The position numbers and the translations under genes are program-made. DNA of 31,002 nt from Methanobacteriota archaeon (GTDB taxonomy: Archaea; Hydrothermarchaeota; Hydrothermarchaeia; Hydrothermarchaeales; JACRDW01): assembly GCA_043820925.1 (NCBI GenBank), contig JBDRDL010000055.1:1-31002 (forward strand), written 5' to 3'. The notes beneath the pieces are model-generated. The model was not told where the DNA came from. It made no database searches and worked only from the letters and a program-made list of their open reading frames with translations. Positions 26,272 to 31,002 of this stretch are shown in pieces; position 1 is the first letter of the stretch; each line of letters starts with the position of its first letter.

Positions 26272-27696
26272 ATGATGAAATTTGTCAACAGACAGCCTGA
26301 GCTGAAATTTTTTGAAAATAAATACCTGTCCAATAACGCAGAGCTTATTATACTTTATGGAAGGAGAAGAATAGGGAAAACGGAGCTACTTTTACAATTT
26401 ATCAAGAACAAAAAAGCCCTCTACTTTCTTGGCAGACTGGAATCAAAAAAAGATACTATAAAAAGATTCAACTATCTGTTGATTGATTTTTTCAAGGACA
26501 CAGAACTTGTCAAAACCTCTCTAAAAGATTTTGATGATATTTTTGGCTACCTGGCCGAGAAATCAAAAAAATCAAGGCTTGTTGTTGTGATGGATGAATT
26601 TCCTTTTATAATAGAAAAATTTCCAGAAGTTATTTCAGTGTTACAGGACAAATGGGATTCTTTGCTCAAAGAAACAAAGATCATGCTTGTTCTCTCAGGC
26701 TCGTCGGTAAGCATGATGGAAAAATATGCTCTAGACTACAAAAGTCCTCTCTATGGAAGAAGAACAGGTCAGTGGCTGCTCGATAAATTAGGTATAGAGT
26801 GTTTGAAAGAATTTTTGCCTTATTCGATTCAGGACTTGGTTCTTGTTTATTCTTGCCTGGATACGATTCCTGGCTACTTGGTAAAATTTTCACCAGAAGT
26901 TGATGTATGGAGGAATATAAAAGATAAAATCCTGAGCAAAGGTGAGTTTTTGTATGATGAAGTGGAAGTTTTGCTGAGAGAGGAGCTGAGAGACCCTTCA
27001 AATTATATGTCTATAATCTCCTCCATTGCCGGTGGCACAACAACGTTCAACGAAATCTACACCAGAACACAACTGGATAAAAGTCTGCTCTCGAAATATC
27101 TCTTTATCCTGGAAAAACTCGGAATAGTAGAAAAAATTGTTCCAGTAACGGAAACTTACAAGGGAAAGCTGAAGGCAAAAGGCGCCCTTTACTTTTTGAG
27201 AGATAATTTCTTTGATTTCTGGTTCAAATTTGTGTATCTCAATAAGCAACAATTGGAAGCAGGAAAAACAGAGCTCGTTCTGGAAGACATCAGAAATAAT
27301 GATTATGTCGCAAAAAAATTTGAGCTGTTTGTTAAAGAGGCTGCTCCCAAATTGAGAATTATGGAAATAACGAGAATCGGTAAATGGTGGCACAAAGATA
27401 AAGAAATAGACATAGTTGCTTTGAATGAAAAAACAAAAGAAATTCTATTTTGTGAATGTAAATGGCAGGACAGGGTGAACGCAGAAAAAGTTTTGCAGGA
27501 ATTGAAAGAAAAAGCAGAATTTGTTGATTGGAATAAACAGGGAAGAAAAGAATACTATGCAGTATTTGCGAAAAGTTTCAATAAAAAAATAAAAGAAAAA
27601 AATATTTTTTGCTTTGACTTGAGAGATTTAGAAAATTTGAAATCTTTGGGCAAAGGAATAAAAAGTTATGTAAAAAGTTACTGTGTTGCACAATAG
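26272..27696 (+). CDS. Archaeal ATPase with wHTH and DUF234 PD-(D/E)xK domain
   Basis: FVNRQPEL, YGRRRIGKT, MDEF, LSGSS, SPLYGR, DNFFDFWF, EIDIVA...CECKW. Confidence 0.9.
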   Translation: MMKFVNRQPELKFFENKYLSNNAELIILYGRRRIGKTELLLQFIKNKKALYFLGRLESKKDTIKRFNYLLIDFFKDTELVKTSLKDFDDIFGYLAEKSKKSRLVVVMDEFPFIIEKFPEVISVLQDKWDSLLKETKIMLVLSGSSVSMMEKYALDYKSPLYGRRTGQWLLDKLGIECLKEFLPYSIQDLVLVYSCLDTIPGYLVKFSPEVDVWRNIKDKILSKGEFLYDEVEVLLREELRDPSNYMSIISSIAGGTTTFNEIYTRTQLDKSLLSKYLFILEKLGIVEKIVPVTETYKGKLKAKGALYFLRDNFFDFWFKFVYLNKQQLEAGKTELVLEDIRNNDYVAKKFELFVKEAAPKLRIMEITRIGKWWHKDKEIDIVALNEKTKEILFCECKWQDRVNAEKVLQELKEKAEFVDWNKQGRKEYYAVFAKSFNKKIKEKNIFCFDLRDLENLKSLGKGIKSYVKSYCVAQ

Positions 27697-27756
27697 GGAA
27701 GCGATGCTGTTTCTGAGGGATAGAAAGAAGCTGACGCCATAACCCTTTTTAAAAGC

Positions 27757-28393
27757 TCATTTTCTTATTTCGCTTTTAATTATTTTAATTACATTTACTC
27801 TGTTCTTTATCTTCCTATTCCTGTCAAGCCAGCTTTGAAATTGAGCCCAACCGTTGTCGTACTCCTTTATCCCACATACAACAAATTGTACATTTTCTTT
27901 GTATCGGTTTACATATCTGTCAAGTTGCCCCTTCGCCCTATCGCAATCAGCAAGCGCAAAGTTAAATTTTAGTTCTATTGGGATTTTATCACTCACAATT
28001 ATATCTGGGTTTTCGTCTCCGCTCTCTTTTTTGACTACTCCTTTTCCAAACTTTTTCTGCAGTAATAAAAATAAATCTTTTTTAAATTGTTCATGTCCAT
28101 ACAAGTCGCGAGGTTTCCAGTTGTTTATCACTTTACGAACATTAGACTCATTGGGTCTGAGTATTTCAGTTCTCCCCTTGACCATTTTGGCTACTTTGGA
28201 ATATTTCTCAATTAGCGATTTACTCACGCCTTTCTTTAGTATTTCTTTAATATAATCGTCCTTCCCCTCTAAATTCGCTTGCGTCAATGCTTTTAGCACT
28301 TGCAATATATTTTAATTCAGAAAGAGATAGCCCCTTCAGAAGTTCTTCTTTCTCTTTCTCGGTATCGCTTTTAAAAAGACCAAGCCATCCCAT
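27757..28393 (-). pseudogene. HeH/Rho-N-like + PD-(D/E)xK nuclease-like protein split by a 1-nt frameshift
   Basis: ATG 28393 reads MGWLGLFKSD...LSLSELKYIA...EFRG, which joins KDDYIKEIL...PDIIVSDKIPIELK...GQLDRY if one G is removed from the run at 28264-28267. Confidence 0.65.
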
Positions 28394-28467
28394 TTTATTC
28401 TCCCTAGGAGAGGAATCGTATAATTAACCATTTATACTTTTTGAGTCAGGCGCCGCCGATACCCATC

Positions 28468-28833
28468 CTACCCCGCAGCCTTCCGCACCTTCACAGATTT
28501 GAGCTCCTCCTGAATCTGCGCCTGCATCTCCCTGAGCCTGTTCTGAGTTTTCTCTTCCTGCTTCTGTAAAGTTTTAATTCTCAAGTCGAGGGTCTCTTTT
28601 CTTTCCTTTAACTCTTCTCCGACCTTGGTTTTTTCGCTCTTTACGAGTATGGAGCCGATACTTTTGTACACCTCTGCATCCTCGCCGAGCTTTTCAACCT
28701 CTTCCAGTGCACGCTCTACTTCCTTCATTTGCAGCTCCATCTGCAGCCTCTGCGTCGCAATTGCCTGAGCCTGCTGCTGCATTTGCTGGAACTGCGAGAG
28801 CTGGTTTTGCAATTTTGGGGATATCTGTTCTAT
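28468..28833 (-). CDS. pfdB: Prefoldin beta subunit (apparent ATA start)
   Basis: Q-rich N-helix, VYKSIGSILVK; SD AGGAGG then in-frame ATA-EQISPKLQNQ. Confidence 0.92.
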   Translation of the reverse strand: MEQISPKLQNQLSQFQQMQQQAQAIATQRLQMELQMKEVERALEEVEKLGEDAEVYKSIGSILVKSEKTKVGEELKERKETLDLRIKTLQKQEEKTQNRLREMQAQIQEELKSVKVRKAAG

Positions 28834-28834
28834 T

Positions 28835-29083
28835 TTAATTCCTCCTTTTAATCAGCTGAAGCGATACGATTATCCAGCGCATATACGAGTTTAATGCTGC
28901 CCTGAAAGAAGCGGCGTCTGCGGCTTTAATTTCGAGGCCTATTTCATTTTTTCTGCGGGTAAAATCTACTGAAGCTTTATTCGAATGCGCAGAAGCTAGC
29001 TCTGGCTTCAGCACGCTGTATATTATGCGTGCTTCCCTTTCAGAATCGAAATGCAGCTTTATGTGCGTCTTTGCTCCAATCAT
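28835..29083 (-). CDS. pcc1: KEOPS complex subunit Pcc1
   Basis: ARIIYSVLKPE...IKAADAASFRAALNSYMRWI; conserved operon position. Confidence 0.88.
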   Translation of the reverse strand: MIGAKTHIKLHFDSEREARIIYSVLKPELASAHSNKASVDFTRRKNEIGLEIKAADAASFRAALNSYMRWIIVSLQLIKRRN

Positions 29084-29211
29084 CTTGTCTTGACCTTCTT
29101 AACAACTTTTGGTCTCTCCTTAAATAATACTTTGTGACCGCAGAACGGGCACCTTATCGGCTCCTCTGGCTTGGGCTCCATGAGCTTTCCACAATTGCCG
29201 CACTTATACAT
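29080..29211 (-). CDS. rpoP: RNA polymerase subunit P (Rpo12), 43 aa, not in ORF track
   Basis: MYKCGNCGK...IRCPFCGHKVLFKERPKVVKKVKTR*. Confidence 0.93.
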   Translation of the reverse strand: MYKCGNCGKLMEPKPEEPIRCPFCGHKVLFKERPKVVKKVKTR

Positions 29212-29479
29212 TTTCTCTCTCTCCGATTTTCTTGATCGCTGTTTCTACCATGCTTACTGCGCTGGTGACAGGCATATATGCGCCGCCGCTGAATTTTGCT
29301 CCGCATTTGCCGCACTCCCAAATTCCGGATGCAAATCTCTTAACGCCAAGCTTCTTGCAGACCGGACACTGGTAAATAGCCTTCTGTACTTTGTCTACCT
29401 CGAGCCACTTTCGACGAAGCCTCATTCCATATCTGGGTCCAAATTTCCCGCTTGAACCTACGGTCTTCTTCCTGCCCAT
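29204..29479 (-). CDS. rpl37ae: 50S ribosomal protein L37Ae (eL43)
   Basis: GKFGPRYG..LR, CPVC, GIWECGKCG.KFSGGAY; start ATG 29479 (or 29485). Confidence 0.95.
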   Translation of the reverse strand: MGRKKTVGSSGKFGPRYGMRLRRKWLEVDKVQKAIYQCPVCKKLGVKRFASGIWECGKCGAKFSGGAYMPVTSAVSMVETAIKKIGERENV

Positions 29480-29484
29480 GAGCA

Positions 29485-30270
29485 TCACTCCAAGAATTTC
29501 CTCAGCTCGTTGCCCTTGCTTGCCCCTCTTTTTATTATGTCCAGGATTTCCTCCTGCGCGAAAGTGCCTGAGCCGCCCTTCTGCATAGCACATATGATGC
29601 CGTTCTCGTCGGTCGCTACAGTAAGCCTGGCGTCCATCACAAGCTCCTCGTCCAAGCTCGGGTCCAGGACTATGCTCTTATTTATTTTCGCAAAAGTTGT
29701 CTCCACGGGCTTGTGGAGTATTGGCAATTTCTCGCTGGTCTTCTCTCCATATATTACCTTGTCTTCCTCGACCTTGGGCATATAGGAATCTAAGAGCGCC
29801 GTAATTGCTCCGAGGGCTGAAGCGTCGAAGAGATTTCCATCGTAATCTAATACATGCATATCCACGAAGATTATCCACACCTTTTCTCCAGGAACTATGC
29901 AGAGCTTGTCTAAATCTATGCACTGCGATTCCCTTATTCCTCTATCAACTACTCTTGCAATTTCAATTGTATCCTCATCCGGTGGACCTTTCTCAAAATC
30001 AGGAGAAGCGAGAGGTATTAGCTCTGCGTTAGTCGTTAGCACTCCTGAGTTCGGCATGTCCGGAAAAGGCTCACCTATATCAAGCTTGACTCCGACTAAA
30101 ATCTGAGTTTTTCCTATCTTAACCAGAGATGAACCCTCGGCTCTGTTCGAGACTCCCTTCTCAATCACAATTGGTCGATAATCATCGAAACCTCTGTCGT
30201 CAGCCCTCTTTCCTTTCTCCAGCAGACTTGCGATGTAATCTTTCTTGACTTCTGCAACTACCTCGAACAT
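29485..30270 (-). CDS. rrp42: Exosome complex component Rrp42
   Basis: RAEGSS.VKIG.T, PFPD.P, GPPDE..IEIARVVDRGIRES, LDYDGNLFD, MQKGG. Confidence 0.96.
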   Translation of the reverse strand: MFEVVAEVKKDYIASLLEKGKRADDRGFDDYRPIVIEKGVSNRAEGSSLVKIGKTQILVGVKLDIGEPFPDMPNSGVLTTNAELIPLASPDFEKGPPDEDTIEIARVVDRGIRESQCIDLDKLCIVPGEKVWIIFVDMHVLDYDGNLFDASALGAITALLDSYMPKVEEDKVIYGEKTSEKLPILHKPVETTFAKINKSIVLDPSLDEELVMDARLTVATDENGIICAMQKGGSGTFAQEEILDIIKRGASKGNELRKFLE

Positions 30271-30990
30271 TTATGCACCCCCGTATTTTCTTCTAAGCGC
30301 TTCCTTCTGAAGTTCGTAAACCTTCATGCAGCCTTCAACCGCAAGTTTGAGAGCCTTCTCAAACTCTTCCTGCGTAAAGTTGCCGTCCATCTGAAGCAGC
30401 GTTATCTCTTTTTTTCTCGGTATTATCGCTACCGGCAGGTCTGCCTCGCCGAAGTTGTCTTCCACGTCAAACATGTCGAGGACTATCTCCCCGCCAACCT
30501 TGCCTGTTGCGCATGCGGGCACTAAATCCCGCATCGGTATTCCTGCATCGGCAAGCGCCACAGAAGCAGCGGTTATTCCTGTGCACCTCGTTCCTGCATT
30601 TGCCTGCAGCACCTCGATAAAAACGTCGATTGCAGTCCTGGGAAATAAATTCGTAAAAACTACGGGTTCTAAAGCCTCCCTGGTTACTTTTGAAATCTCC
30701 CTGCTCCTCCTGTCAGGTCCTGGTCTTTTCCTGTCGCTCACAGAAAACGGCGCCATGTTGTAGGTGCATCGCAATATCGCTTTGTCTGACCTCGCAAGGT
30801 GTCTGGGATGCACTTCCCTCGGACCATAGCAGGCTGCCATAACTTTATTGCCCCCCCATTCAACATAAGCAGAGCCATCTGCCCTCTCCAGAACTCCTGC
30901 CTCTATTTTTATCTCTCTAAGCTCGTCCAATTTTCTTCCATCCAATCTCTTTCCCTTTACAATGAATTTTTCTGGTTCTCCAACTTTCAT
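30271..30990 (-). CDS. rrp41: Exosome complex component Rrp41
   Basis: [53 protein letters not shown]. Confidence 0.96.
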   Translation of the reverse strand: MKVGEPEKFIVKGKRLDGRKLDELREIKIEAGVLERADGSAYVEWGGNKVMAACYGPREVHPRHLARSDKAILRCTYNMAPFSVSDRKRPGPDRRSREISKVTREALEPVVFTNLFPRTAIDVFIEVLQANAGTRCTGITAASVALADAGIPMRDLVPACATGKVGGEIVLDMFDVEDNFGEADLPVAIIPRKKEITLLQMDGNFTQEEFEKALKLAVEGCMKVYELQKEALRRKYGGA

Positions 30991-31002
30991 ACTTTCACTT
31001 CC

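Overview
Archaeal chromosomal window. The mix of SepRS, TFE, Trm56, Taw1 and the exosome superoperon is compatible with a euryarchaeal or Hydrothermarchaeota-like lineage; this taxon is inference only. Core genes are hisA, hisB, an MTA/SAH deaminase, cdc6/orc1-trm56-tfe, taw1-(DUF2334)-translin-sepS and rrp41-rrp42-rpl37ae-rpoP-pcc1-pfdB-(DHH). RNA genes are SRP RNA, tRNA-Ser(GCT) and tRNA-Val(TAC). Accessory DNA includes a ~3.85-kb tyrosine-integrase mini-element integrated at the tRNA-Ser 3' end. It is bounded by a 13-bp att duplication and carries an MNT-HEPN TA pair, a beta-rich orphan and an FkbM methyltransferase. Other accessory patches are an AT-rich surface-protein/TA patch (6.1-9.3 kb), a lipoprotein/Zn-ribbon/retropepsin patch (12.1-14.1 kb) and an ATPase-DUF234 plus nuclease insertion in the exosome operon. 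Features not in the ORF track are a tandemly duplicated 68-nt four-way-junction element with compensatory base changes between SRP RNA and tRNA-Ser, and a small Zn-finger ORF whose start is enclosed in a 16-bp helix opposite a DEAD-box helicase. Also absent from the track are a CYTH pseudogene, two homopolymer frameshifts, two near-cognate start codons (ACG, ATA) and a U55C change in tRNA-Val.
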